Origin: Spirochaetota bacterium | Lineage (GTDB): Bacteria; Spirochaetota; UBA4802; UB4802 | DNA: 64,000 nt | Direction: 5' to 3' | NCBI GenBank assembly: GCA_037481795.1 | Contig: JBBFLA010000017.1 | Coordinates: 1,423-65,422, forward strand | Shown: piece by piece, positions 50,078-60,349 of the stretch | How the letters are laid out: the number at the start of each line of letters is the position of its first letter | Position numbering within the stretch: the first letter of the stretch is position 1 | Made by a program: the position numbers and the translations under genes | Notes under the pieces: generated by a model | Seen by the model: the letters and a program-made list of their open reading frames with translations, nothing else | Database searches by the model: none | Told to the model about the DNA's origin: nothing

Positions 50078-51175
50078 ATGGTAAAGGGTAAATTAGTTAG
50101 TTATTTTGTTTTAGTAATGTGCGTGCTGATTGGTATTGGACTGATGGTATCTTTAGCATTTGCAGAATCCATATTTTTGAAGGATGGCAGCATCATTGAA
50201 GGAGATATAGTTAAAGAAACTGATAAGGCAATGGATGTAAAGCTACCTGATGGGAAGAAGATGACCATACAGCGTAAGGATATATTGAGGACACTGGTAA
50301 GTACCAGTTATAAGACAAAGATGTATATTATGAAGAATGATAAAACAGTACTACCAGTGTACATAGTGGAGGAAGACAATGAGAGTTATACTTACAGGAC
50401 AGAATTACTATCTGCTGAAGAGAATAAGATAAATAAAGACGATGTATTATTTGTTTCCAAGATACCACCAAAAGATTTTATAGATGAGGAAGTACAGAAG
50501 AAGGCAGCCGAATTAGGGATAAAAAAGCAGTATACACGGGAGCAAAACTTAAAATGGCGTGCACCGTTTATGCATTTTGGCTATTCAAATATAGGTATCT
50601 ATATAAATTCTGATATAAATGATGCATATTCAGAAGGCCGAAATTTGAATGCAATTGTTGATATATTCCCATGGCGATTCAGAAATGAAGGTGGCAATGG
50701 ATTTGATGCTATGATGAGGGTACGATTTGTGGGTAGTTATGATGAAATTGATCCCACTGATCAAAGAACCCAGGCAATGTTAAAACTATATCAGATAGCT
50801 ATCGAAGAAAAATACGAATCTAAACTCAATTTAGGTCAGATTTGTGGTGGAGCCCGTTATGCATATACCTTGGATTATGGCGTTTTAATTCAGCCATATG
50901 TGTATGGGTTATTGCAACTCTATTTATTCCATGAGGAAATAAAAATTGAATCGCTTAATTCTGATTTAATAAATGAGAATGTATCAGCTTCAAAATTGGG
51001 TTACCAGGTTGGGGCAGGAGTTGATTTTGGAATAACGTCGTATGTTGGTTTATTTATTGAAGGAATGTATAGCTACATTGGCGCAAAATTCAAAGATGGC
51101 AAAACAAGAAATGTTGATGGATACTACATTTACTATGGAGTAACCTGGCGCACATCGTATGGGTTGATTGAGTAA
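50078..51175 (+). CDS. Exported protein with a small N-terminal beta domain and a C-terminal OmpA-like beta-barrel
   Basis: AFA-ESIFLKDGSIIEG; GYQVGAGVDF...YYGVTW barrel strands. Confidence 0.7.
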   Translation: MVKGKLVSYFVLVMCVLIGIGLMVSLAFAESIFLKDGSIIEGDIVKETDKAMDVKLPDGKKMTIQRKDILRTLVSTSYKTKMYIMKNDKTVLPVYIVEEDNESYTYRTELLSAEENKINKDDVLFVSKIPPKDFIDEEVQKKAAELGIKKQYTREQNLKWRAPFMHFGYSNIGIYINSDINDAYSEGRNLNAIVDIFPWRFRNEGGNGFDAMMRVRFVGSYDEIDPTDQRTQAMLKLYQIAIEEKYESKLNLGQICGGARYAYTLDYGVLIQPYVYGLLQLYLFHEEIKIESLNSDLINENVSASKLGYQVGAGVDFGITSYVGLFIEGMYSYIGAKFKDGKTRNVDGYYIYYGVTWRTSYGLIE

Positions 51176-51407
51176 AGCATCTGACATATATTCATTGCAT
51201 TTTAGAAAATGTTTGACCTGGGAATAGGGGAAGTACATGCTATAATAGACAGACAACCGCTAATACAATGTTTGTACGAAATGATAGAAGAAGTGTTTAA
51301 AGAATTTTTAAAGGAGTAAACGGGTACTATTGGGAAATGTTATAAAAGCTAAAGAACATCTAACAATGAACAAAGTTTGTGAATGTAATCAATAATATTA
51401 CAAATTT

Positions 51408-51886
51408 ATGAAAAAACTTAATAGAACAGTTATTACGACAAAAACTTTAAAAGAAGTTGAAAATGAGTATGTTGAAGGTACTCCAGAAGAACGTATAAAT
51501 ATGGTGTGGGAAATAACATGTGATTTATAGGCATTTATGAAAGATACAAATTTTGAACGAAGATTACAAAGAAATGTTACAACTGTTATCAGAAGAAGGG
51601 GTTAAATTTATAGTTGTTGGAGCATATGCTCTTGCTGCACATGGATTTCCCCGTGCAACAGGTGATATTGGTATATGGATTGAGCCTGAACTGAGTAATG
51701 CAAAAAAAAGTTATATAGACTTTAAAACGTTTTGGATGTCCCCTTTTTACTCTAACTGTTGACGATTTATTGACAAAAGGTACTATTTTCCAAATTGGAG
51801 TTGCGCTAAGGAGAATTGATATTGTCACAGCAATTGATGGAGTTGAGTTTAATGAAGGATGGGGCGATTGCATTAACCTCATTTAA
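51408..51886 (+). pseudogene. Decayed copy of the small-protein plus nucleotidyltransferase pair
   Basis: Homologous to 1-504. TAG at 51528 replaces Trp; DxD is changed to DxG; frameshift in the A8 run 51702-51709; TAG at 51716; truncated at 51886. Confidence 0.85.
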
Positions 51887-51922
51887 ACTTCGTATTATCC
51901 GAAATAATATTTAGTATTTTCC

Positions 51923-51951
51923 TTGACAAACTTTTTAAATAAACATAACCT
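51923..51951 (+). promoter_or_regulatory. Sigma70-type promoter
   Basis: TTGACA-17 nt-TAACCT upstream of the AAA ATPase gene. Confidence 0.5.
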
Positions 51952-52010
51952 GAATAAACATAATATTATTATAGTTTATTAAAGGACAAATAAAATGGAT
52001 AAATAAACGC

Positions 52011-53192
52011 ATGTGGATTGAACGAGAAATATCAAAAACATTAAAAGCATTTGCTCAAAAAAGACCAGCAATTTTAGTTACTGGTTGCAGACAATCAGGA
52101 AAAACCAGTTTGATTAAACATGAATATCCTGAATTGCCCTATGTAACCCTTGATGTTCCATTATATGCTGAGGAAGCCACTATAGCGGGAGATGTTTTCC
52201 TGAAAAAATTTAAAAGACCTCTAATCATAGATGAAATTCAATATGCACCACAGTTACTGCGTCATATAAAAGTTGAAATTGATTATAACAGAAAAAACTA
52301 CGGACAATTTTTTATAACAGGATCTCAAAAATTTCCACTCATGGAAGGTGTTTCCGAAAGCTTAGCAGGGCGAGTTGGTATTATTACATTGCATACACTC
52401 TCTCTTAAAGAAATTCAAAATTGGGAAGGAGCTTACAATCGTGAGCTTTTAATACATTATATGCTCTTAGGTGGGTATCCAGAAATTTATGCTTCTGGTT
52501 TACAACCTTTTGAATTTTTTGATGATTATATAGTAACGTATATTGAACGTGATGTGCGCCAGATGATTAATGTTAAAAATACTCACTATTTCAATGCATT
52601 TATACGTTTACTGGCACTTAGATCAGGTCAGTTGATGTCATTACAGTCGCTTGCTTCGGAGGTTGGGGTAAGTGGACATACAATTAAAAGCTGGTTATCC
52701 ATTCTTGAAATTTCAAATATCATTTATGTCCTTTTACCATATTATGAAAATTTAGGGAAGCGGTTGATTAAAACTCCTAAAATATATTTTCTTGATACCG
52801 GGCTTTTGTTATATTTACTTGGTATCAGGTCACAAAAGGAGTTGTTGGATAGCCCTTTGTTAGGGAATATTTTTGAAACAGTATGCTTGGGCCAGATAAT
52901 ACGATATTATACCAATCAAGGTATTAATCCCCCTATATTTTTTTTCAGGGATGCTTATGGTCACGAAATTGATTTCGTTATCCCTTCGGGAGGAAAACTT
53001 ACTCTTATTGAGTGTAAATGGTTATTCCCGTTAGATAAACGAAAAGAAATTATTTCTAAGATTAAAAATATAATCCCACATGAAAAAATAAAAAAAATTG
53101 TAGTGCTGAGTTCACAAAATGAAGAAGCTGCGTTAGAAGATAAGCTTTTCCTTTATGGGTGTCATGATCCTGATAGATTTTTAAGTGATTGA
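52011..53192 (+). CDS. AAA_14 ATPase with DUF4143 domain
   Basis: GCRQSGKT, IIDEIQ, TGSQ, ESLAGR, KTPKIYFLDTG, EIDF...IECK. Confidence 0.92.
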   Translation: MWIEREISKTLKAFAQKRPAILVTGCRQSGKTSLIKHEYPELPYVTLDVPLYAEEATIAGDVFLKKFKRPLIIDEIQYAPQLLRHIKVEIDYNRKNYGQFFITGSQKFPLMEGVSESLAGRVGIITLHTLSLKEIQNWEGAYNRELLIHYMLLGGYPEIYASGLQPFEFFDDYIVTYIERDVRQMINVKNTHYFNAFIRLLALRSGQLMSLQSLASEVGVSGHTIKSWLSILEISNIIYVLLPYYENLGKRLIKTPKIYFLDTGLLLYLLGIRSQKELLDSPLLGNIFETVCLGQIIRYYTNQGINPPIFFFRDAYGHEIDFVIPSGGKLTLIECKWLFPLDKRKEIISKIKNIIPHEKIKKIVVLSSQNEEAALEDKLFLYGCHDPDRFLSD

Positions 53193-53267
53193 TAAAAAAC
53201 TGATTGCCAAAATAATTCCTGTATGTAACGATAAACGCACGTTGTGGCTTCCATAAGCAGGTTTGGC

Positions 53268-53687
53268 ATGTCTACCGTTGAATTAAAAATTAAAGGATAC
53301 CATTTAGACCTTTTTGGCCGTGTGAGCAATCAACGCTTCTTAGACTTTTTAGAGGATGCGCGGTGGAGCTATTTAGATACTATTGGCCTTAACTATGATG
53401 AATTTGCCAAACGTGGTGTATTTCTTGCAGTGGTCAATATTAATGTCAATTTTCGTGCACCTTCGTTTCTTGGTGATGTGCTGATCATTGAAACAATGGT
53501 TGATAGGATTGGCAATCGCAGTATAACAGTTAAACAAAAGCTGTACAATAAAAAAACCGAACAAATAATTCTGGATGCTGAAGTTGTATATGTTATAGTG
53601 GACCTGGCAACAGGTAAATCCATACCAATAGATAATGAAATGCGGCAACTGTGGCTGGAACTATCGAACAAAAAAAATACACATTAA
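53268..53687 (+). CDS. Acyl-CoA thioesterase (YbgC/FadM hot-dog fold)
   Basis: YHLDLFGRVSNQRFLDFLEDAR, NINVNFRAP, IGNRS. Confidence 0.85.
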   Translation: MSTVELKIKGYHLDLFGRVSNQRFLDFLEDARWSYLDTIGLNYDEFAKRGVFLAVVNINVNFRAPSFLGDVLIIETMVDRIGNRSITVKQKLYNKKTEQIILDAEVVYVIVDLATGKSIPIDNEMRQLWLELSNKKNTH

Positions 53688-53748
53688 AAATTTTGGTTGC
53701 TATGAATACCACTATACTGTATTATATTACAGAAGGTAAGTATCCATT

Positions 53749-54312
53749 ATGGAAGAGGGCATAATGAGAAAATATATCCGCTATGACAAGCTGTCCGCAG
53801 AGATTAAAGATGCAATTTATAAATATTGGGAAGCAGCAAAACAAAAAAAACCTGATATTGCATTCGATGATGCCATGGAGGACTGGTTTTTACATCAATT
53901 TGATACTTTCATGATTGCAAAATATCACACTCAGGGCGATAACCTGCGAAAGCATTTTCGCTTGGATGTTGAAATACCAATACGGGTGGTGGAGCTTCTT
54001 ATTGAATCTTCAAAAGATGAAGCTGAAGCGCTGGAGCTAATAGGCACAATAGTCAATATCAGCAAGGGGGGACTTTATTTTATATCGGATATCCCGCTTG
54101 AACTTTCTTCAATCATTCGTGTAGTTATTGATTTCAGGGCGGTGGATAATGAGCTTACTGATATTGAAGCATTGGCAATGGTTGTGCGCCAGGATAAGCG
54201 CGAAGATAATAGATACGGGATTGGTGTTATGTTCAGCAGTATTTATGATAACGGCAAGCGCAATCTTAATATATTTATATTAAAAAATCTTTCGTACTAC
54301 CTTTATTCCTGA
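53749..54312 (+). CDS. PilZ-domain protein
   Basis: RKHFR and NISKGG c-di-GMP-binding motifs; YGIGVMF. Confidence 0.85.
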   Translation: MEEGIMRKYIRYDKLSAEIKDAIYKYWEAAKQKKPDIAFDDAMEDWFLHQFDTFMIAKYHTQGDNLRKHFRLDVEIPIRVVELLIESSKDEAEALELIGTIVNISKGGLYFISDIPLELSSIIRVVIDFRAVDNELTDIEALAMVVRQDKREDNRYGIGVMFSSIYDNGKRNLNIFILKNLSYYLYS

Positions 54313-54753
54313 TTATTTCCCCAGTGAATCAATCTCAGATTTTAGCCCACTTTTTGTAATATCAAAGTAATAGCAATATCGCGTTGAACATGTTGAATCT
54401 CTTTTTTTTAAAGTGCCATAGCCCATGATGGTAGTCATAAGGTAATTATGCATTTTTGAATCAAAAACGTTATTTTGGGAAATAATATAATTTTTTAAAG
54501 AAACAAACGCTCGTTCCTGACCTTTTTGCTGTATAGATAGCTCATCGTAGTGTTCTTCAGCAGGAATTATCACGATAACCCTGAACGTGTTGTTGTCAAT
54601 AAATCCTTCCTTCTCATACTCAAAAAGAAGGGCATTGTTTTCTTTGGGTGTTATGTTGTTAACTGTTTTTTGTGAGGTGCATGAAGAAATATAACATATA
54701 AGAGGCAGATACAAAAGTAGAATATACATTATGAATCGCAAATAAGAAACCAT
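54313..54753 (-). CDS. Hypothetical lipoprotein
   Basis: ISSC lipobox; EGFIDNNTFRVI motif shared with the neighbouring gene. Confidence 0.75.
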   Translation of the reverse strand: MVSYLRFIMYILLLYLPLICYISSCTSQKTVNNITPKENNALLFEYEKEGFIDNNTFRVIVIIPAEEHYDELSIQQKGQERAFVSLKNYIISQNNVFDSKMHNYLMTTIMGYGTLKKRDSTCSTRYCYYFDITKSGLKSEIDSLGK

Positions 54754-54772
54754 AATAACCCCAATATCCTTG

Positions 54773-55261
54773 TTATTTACACTTCAAGGTTGCCAGTTTT
54801 TGCTGTAGCCCCTTTTCGTATATACGAACAACAGCAGTTTGGCTAAAGTCTTCATTGAAATAGGTAACTACTATAACTTTATTATCAATATACTGTTTTA
54901 TTTGTTGTAGCAGGCATTGTTGAATACTATCGGTTACCGATATGCCCTGTAATTGTGCGGTAGCATTAATAAGAGTATCATAACATTGCTTTTCAAGTGA
55001 TTTCATTAAATTAATATGTGCACTTTCTCTGGATGCAACTAATCCTTCAATGCCAGGATCAGGTTTTGCGGTAATGATACACTGGTAACAGTTGTCATTA
55101 ATAAAACCCTGGGTGGTAATATCATTACTTAATGATTTAATGTATGATTGATCATGGGTGCACGATAGAAGGATTATAAAAAGCCAGAAAGCAATAATTG
55201 TAACAGTTTTAGGAACATCAATGGAAGGTGGTTGTACTTTGGAAAATATACATTTAAGCAT
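54773..55261 (-). CDS. Hypothetical lipoprotein, paralog of the neighbouring gene
   Basis: LLSC lipobox; QGFINDNCYQCI. Confidence 0.75.
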   Translation of the reverse strand: MLKCIFSKVQPPSIDVPKTVTIIAFWLFIILLSCTHDQSYIKSLSNDITTQGFINDNCYQCIITAKPDPGIEGLVASRESAHINLMKSLEKQCYDTLINATAQLQGISVTDSIQQCLLQQIKQYIDNKVIVVTYFNEDFSQTAVVRIYEKGLQQKLATLKCK

Positions 55262-55342
55262 TGGTTTACCATTAAAGTAGAATCATCAATATAATATACA
55301 AAAAATAGAATAAATCGTTATATGTCAAATAAAAATTTATAA

Positions 55343-57727
55343 TTACTGCTTCTTCAACATAGTTATAATATCCCGTATCTGGTCGGCTTTAGGGTGGTTG
55401 GGCTTCATTGATAAAAGCTTTTCAAAATGATAGATAGCTTTTTCATTATTTTTAAATTTTCGGTAAAAAATCATCCCCAATTCTTCATGAGCATCCGCAA
55501 GAGATGTATTTATTTGCAGTGAACGTTCAAACTCTTTCACAGCCTGTTCAAAAACACCCTTTTCCTTATAGGCAATACCTAAAAAGAAATGTGCCTGATC
55601 ATTCATTGGTGAAAGATCAATAGCAGTTTTATATTCTTCAATAGCTTCATCATTCATATTGGCAGACAGGTACGCATTTGCTAAGTTATAATGAGCCTCA
55701 AAGGATTTTGGGTCATTTATTGTAGCCTGTTTAAATTGTTCTATGGCCTTGTCATGCAATTTGTTCTTTTTATACAGGTTGCCTAAGTTGATGTAAGCTT
55801 TGGTATAGTTTGGATTTTTGGTGATAGCTAATGAATAATATTCAATTGCCTTATTATCATCACCCAGCCCTTCATATGCCTTGCCTAATTCATACAGTGT
55901 TGGCGGATCATCATTCTTAATTGATAATGCTTTAGTATAAAAGGAGATAGCCTGTGTGTAATTCTGCTTTGTGGCTGCAATAAGCCCTAAATTGAAAAGT
56001 GCCTGGAAGTATTCAGGGTCAGCTTCAAGTGTTTTATTGTAGAATGTTTCAGCGTTTGAATACGATTTCATTTCATGATAGGTTTCGGCAATTTTAAACA
56101 GGGTATCAGGATTATTAGGCCTCAGTTCCCTGTCTTTTGTAAAATAATCAAGTGCCACCTTATAATTCTTCTGTTTAAGATAGATGTCGCCTAAATTAAA
56201 ATATGCCCTGTCTAAGTTTGGATCCTGTTCTATGGATTGCTTCAAGTCTTTAATAGCTGCCTGCAGATTATTCATTTTATACTGTGCAAGTCCTCGTGCA
56301 TAGTATGCTTTTGCAAATACTGGTTTTTCTTCTATGGCTTTTGTAAACTCATTAACTGCAGGGCTGTACTTCCCTTCAGAATAATAGATAAGTCCTAAAT
56401 GGTAGTGGGAATCAGCATTTTTAGGATTGGCAATAATTGCATTCTGAAATGACTTTTTGGCTTCATCATCTATCTGGTTATGATAATAGATGCGCCCCAT
56501 CCAGTAATGTGAATGGTCGTCGGTTTTATCAAGCTGTGTTGCCTTGGCGTATGCCTTCAGCGCTTCATCGTATTTCTTTTCTGCTCGGTATTTGTCGCCA
56601 AGCTCACGCCATTTAAGTGCCGATTCATTAACAGGATTTGCAGGTGTTGTTTGAGGTGTGGTCTCTGATAAATCTTTTGAATCTTTATCCCTGCTTATTA
56701 CTTGCTGCGCTGCGGATTCATTTTTTTCTTTTGTTACAACTGCAAGTTGTTGTGTATCAGGTTGACCAATAATAGAAGGTTTTTGTAATTTTGCAAGGGC
56801 ATTTGCATATTTGCTTTTTAAGTTTTCATCATTGCTGTTATAGCTTAAAGCCTGTTTGTAGTAGTCGGCTGCTTTGCTATAGTTGCCCTGCGAAGCATAT
56901 ATGTCGCCTAATTGCTCGGCAGATAGTGCATCGCCAGGATCTTTTGACAGCGCTGTAGAATATGCACCAACAGCTTCAGGTATTTTGTTCTGGGCAAGGT
57001 ATGCATCGCCCAGTGCGCGGTAATATTTACCAGTTCCTGGTGACAGAGTGATTGCCTTCTGGTATTGAGGAATAGCTTTGGCATACTGCTTTTTATGCAT
57101 GTAAAGATTGCCCAGGTTGTAGTATCCCTCTGGATCAGAGGGATTGGCTTTAATGCCTTTTTTTAGAATATCTTCTGCACCTTTATAGTTGCCTTTTTTT
57201 ATTTGCTGTTTTGCTATATTCCAGTAGCTTTCCTGATACTGTGGAGCAACGGCAATAGCGCTTTTATATTCTTTAAGGGCTTTATCTAACTTTTCCTGCG
57301 TATCATATACATTGCCCAATTTATTATAGGCTTGCGGATATTTAGGAAAGTACTTTTTGGCAAGTTCCAGTGTTTTTATTGCATTCTCATAATCGCCTTT
57401 GAGGGCATAGGCATGCCCCAATTCGTTCAATGCGTTATAATTATCAGGTTGCAGTGCCAATGCTTTTTTATAGTAGTCAATTGCTTTGTCCAGATTACCT
57501 GTTTCTTTATAAAGATTTCCTAATTTTATAAGCGTATCTACATCATTGGGATTTGTTTCCAGAATCTTTTCATACAATTCAATTTGCTTAAGGCGTATAT
57601 CAACGATATCCTTTAAAGCATCCTTGGGGCGTGAAAGAAAATAATATCCACCAAATAGCAGCAAAAGTATTATTGCAACAATACCTGCAATTTTCAGATT
57701 GCGGTAACGGTCATAATAGTATGCCAT
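55343..57727 (-). CDS. Large membrane-anchored tetratricopeptide repeat protein
   Basis: N-terminal TM; two long TPR arrays separated by a low-complexity linker. Confidence 0.92.
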   Translation of the reverse strand: MAYYYDRYRNLKIAGIVAIILLLLFGGYYFLSRPKDALKDIVDIRLKQIELYEKILETNPNDVDTLIKLGNLYKETGNLDKAIDYYKKALALQPDNYNALNELGHAYALKGDYENAIKTLELAKKYFPKYPQAYNKLGNVYDTQEKLDKALKEYKSAIAVAPQYQESYWNIAKQQIKKGNYKGAEDILKKGIKANPSDPEGYYNLGNLYMHKKQYAKAIPQYQKAITLSPGTGKYYRALGDAYLAQNKIPEAVGAYSTALSKDPGDALSAEQLGDIYASQGNYSKAADYYKQALSYNSNDENLKSKYANALAKLQKPSIIGQPDTQQLAVVTKEKNESAAQQVISRDKDSKDLSETTPQTTPANPVNESALKWRELGDKYRAEKKYDEALKAYAKATQLDKTDDHSHYWMGRIYYHNQIDDEAKKSFQNAIIANPKNADSHYHLGLIYYSEGKYSPAVNEFTKAIEEKPVFAKAYYARGLAQYKMNNLQAAIKDLKQSIEQDPNLDRAYFNLGDIYLKQKNYKVALDYFTKDRELRPNNPDTLFKIAETYHEMKSYSNAETFYNKTLEADPEYFQALFNLGLIAATKQNYTQAISFYTKALSIKNDDPPTLYELGKAYEGLGDDNKAIEYYSLAITKNPNYTKAYINLGNLYKKNKLHDKAIEQFKQATINDPKSFEAHYNLANAYLSANMNDEAIEEYKTAIDLSPMNDQAHFFLGIAYKEKGVFEQAVKEFERSLQINTSLADAHEELGMIFYRKFKNNEKAIYHFEKLLSMKPNHPKADQIRDIITMLKKQ

Positions 57728-57754
57728 ACAATACCTCTGATATTTTAAATTGTT

Positions 57755-58468
57755 TTATAATTCATCGTCACGGTAAATTTCTTCAAGCTTGTTCTTTGTC
57801 TTTTTTGTTTCGTGCCCGGCCTTTTTATCCTGCGCTTCACGCTGCACATCGTCAAGTATTATTCCGCCTAAATGTAATGCTTCTTCAATGGATACATCGC
57901 TTCCTGGTGGTGGTAATACAAATTTTGGGTCTTTTAATAATTCAATAACCCTTTTAATTTTTTCATATTGAGGGTCTTCCGGAGCTATGGCCAAAAATTT
58001 TTCCCATGACTCAATGGTTTTTTCTTTATCCCTGAGTAGCATTAAATACGTTAGGCCAATATGGTAGTAAGCAAATTTAAGCTGTGGATTAAGGCTGAAT
58101 GCTTTTTTAAAATATGCAAGAGCTTCTTCCGGCTGCTTTTTATAGTAATATACCTGTCCTATTCTGAATGCATCTTCGGCACTTTTTGGATTCAATTCCA
58201 TGGCTTTGATATAAAGCTGCAGTGCACCGTCATAGCGCTTTTTATATAAAAAAATATCACCCAGGTATGAATAGGCCAGGGCATTTTCAGGATTGGTTTT
58301 CAACTCTTCCTGAAATAAGAGTTCGGCTATCTCAAATTTTTGCTGATAGAAATATTTAACACCTTTCTTAAAAGGGGTGTCATCATCCTTTTTTGCACCA
58401 AAGGATAAAGTATAAGCGATAGTAACTGATAAAAGGGTTAAGAGACAAAATAAAACTATTTTCTTCAT
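57755..58468 (-). CDS. Exported TPR protein
   Basis: Signal peptide from ATG 58468 (MKKIVLF); about four TPRs. The 58609 start in the track is unlikely. Confidence 0.85.
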   Translation of the reverse strand: MKKIVLFCLLTLLSVTIAYTLSFGAKKDDDTPFKKGVKYFYQQKFEIAELLFQEELKTNPENALAYSYLGDIFLYKKRYDGALQLYIKAMELNPKSAEDAFRIGQVYYYKKQPEEALAYFKKAFSLNPQLKFAYYHIGLTYLMLLRDKEKTIESWEKFLAIAPEDPQYEKIKRVIELLKDPKFVLPPPGSDVSIEEALHLGGIILDDVQREAQDKKAGHETKKTKNKLEEIYRDDEL

Positions 58469-58691
58469 ATAAGTATTTCCATTATTGTTATTATCGGTAA
58501 CATGACAATGATAGAATACATAAAAACAGTATATGTGCATCAACATGCAAAAACTGTAACAAAAAAGAACAACATCATTGCACAAAAAGCTACAATAAAC
58601 CGTTTCCATTCAAAATTCATTGACACCTCCTATGTAAAATAGTGTACACTGCGCCATTTTAGTACTTGATTTGGAATCTACTCACCACAGC

Positions 58692-58812
58692 GTCATTTCC
58701 AGTTTGCCCTGGAATCTTTTATGAATTGAGATCCTGAATCAAGTTCAGGATGACATCTTATGACCAGAACCTGAATCAATCCTGAAATAAATTCAGGACA
58801 GAATTCAGGATT
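58692..58812. repeat. REP-like palindrome cluster (TCCTGAA...TTCAGGA type)
   Basis: gtcatttccag..ctggaatct, atcctgaatcaagttcaggatgac, tcctgaaataaattcagga. Confidence 0.7.
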
Positions 58813-58893
58813 AATTATAAACATAGTCAGCCCAATAAAAATACTCAATTAAATGATACCTGTCAAGCAACACAAAAATAAAAAAATATACTG

Positions 58894-58922
58894 TTGACAT
58901 TTTAGCAATATTGTTCTACATT
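58894..58922 (+). promoter_or_regulatory. Sigma70-type promoter of the DHH gene
   Basis: TTGACA-17 nt-TACATT. Confidence 0.5.
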
Positions 58923-58948
58923 TACTGCCAATATAACTGGAAATTCCC

Positions 58949-60103
58949 ATGCCTAAAGAAGGTTTTAAAACAGCAAAACAAAAAAATGATTGTATTGAAG
59001 CAATAATTCAGGAATTGGTAAACCGCAATGGTTTTCTTATATTAGGGCATACAAATCCTGATGAAGATTGTGTTGCTTCTATGATAGCATTTTCCCTGCT
59101 TGCAAAAAAATTTGATAAGCAGGTAAAAATATTTACATCAAAGAAGATACCGGAAAACTTCAAGTATCTTGTTGATATTGCCATCTATAACCGCATTGAT
59201 GTTGTCACAGCAATACCACGGTCATTTGCTGTTGATACTATCGTTATTTGTGATACTGCAAAACCTTCAATGATTGATGCCAACAGAGCCGTAATGCAGA
59301 TGCTTAAAAAAAGCACAATTCGTAAAATAGAAATTGACCATCATATTGGTGCCGATAGTGACTATGCTGGTGATCCCGGTTACAGGCTGGTGACCGAGGC
59401 ATCAAGTGCAAGTGAGCTTGTTGGGCAGATTGCGCTGAAACTGAGGGCAAAGAAAGAAATCTTAAAAAAATATGTTATTCTGGATCCACTGTCAAGAAAT
59501 CTGGTGCTTGCAATTTTAACAGGTATTATTGGCGATTCGCAAATGGGACGTTATTTGAAGTCATCACGAGAAAAGCGGATGTACAGGATATTCAGTACAC
59601 TGTTTAATGATATATTGAGTACATCCACAATAAAAGAATCAAATATTACCAATATGCATCAGATCTTTGAACAGCTGAAACAGGCATCTGAAAAAGAAAA
59701 ATATTGTTTCCAGTATATAAAGAAAAAAAGCAAGGTGTATAAATCAGTTGGATATGCAATGCTGTCTGAAGATGACATGCGCTATCTCTATGAAAATTTT
59801 GATGATGATGATATTATTTCAACGACACGAACACTTGCAGATATGCTGGCTGAAGATTCAGGAAAGGTTGGATTAGTTACATACTATGATATTCCTGAAA
59901 AATCAGATTTAGTGCAATTCCGTATGCGCCGCAGCCAGAATTTCAAAAACTATGATTTGCGTGAATTTCTCAATACAATGGGCATTGAAAATGGTGGAGG
60001 GCATGAAGGAGCAATTGGGTTCAGGTTGCCAAAAAATGCCGTGGACGATTATCAAAAGTTTGTGATGTCCCTGGTAAAAAAAGTAAATGCCCTTTTGCCA
60101 TAA
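58949..60103 (+). CDS. DHH-family phosphoesterase (NrnA-like)
   Basis: GHTNPDEDC, ICDT, IDHH, GIIGDS, GGGHEGAIG. Confidence 0.9.
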   Translation: MPKEGFKTAKQKNDCIEAIIQELVNRNGFLILGHTNPDEDCVASMIAFSLLAKKFDKQVKIFTSKKIPENFKYLVDIAIYNRIDVVTAIPRSFAVDTIVICDTAKPSMIDANRAVMQMLKKSTIRKIEIDHHIGADSDYAGDPGYRLVTEASSASELVGQIALKLRAKKEILKKYVILDPLSRNLVLAILTGIIGDSQMGRYLKSSREKRMYRIFSTLFNDILSTSTIKESNITNMHQIFEQLKQASEKEKYCFQYIKKKSKVYKSVGYAMLSEDDMRYLYENFDDDDIISTTRTLADMLAEDSGKVGLVTYYDIPEKSDLVQFRMRRSQNFKNYDLREFLNTMGIENGGGHEGAIGFRLPKNAVDDYQKFVMSLVKKVNALLP

Positions 60104-60111
60104 AAACATAA

Positions 60112-60225
60112 GGGAACTTTTAAAAACTGATTTTTAGAATGTTCCCTTGTGGGCACAATATATAGGATAAGACCGCTTTCTATTATTTGTATAATTTTGG
60201 AAGAAAGCAGTTTTTAGAGGTTCCC
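60112..60225. mobile_element. Short MITE-like element
   Basis: Terminal inverted repeats gggaacttttaaaaactg / cagtttttagaggttccc, plus an internal partial copy ending at 60146. Confidence 0.55.
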
Positions 60226-60349
60226 ATAAGGTTTGTTTAGGTTTTTAAGTACCTTTAGTTACGGTACAATGTAAAAAAATATTGATATCTATAGTCCATG
60301 TCAATTACTATGATAGTGAGCCACATTAAATATATTCCGGAGGAATACT

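Noticed and set aside
51528-51530. In-frame TAG as pyrrolysine or readthrough
   Set aside because: It aligns with Trp (TGG) in the intact paralog, and the partner gene carries several other lesions, so decay is the simpler explanation.
58469-58609. N-terminal extension of the TPR gene
   Set aside because: Cys/Phe-rich translation of AT-rich promoter DNA; the signal peptide begins at ATG 58468.
58692-58812. CRISPR array
   Set aside because: The repeats are palindromic and irregularly spaced, without unique constant-length spacers, and no cas genes are nearby.
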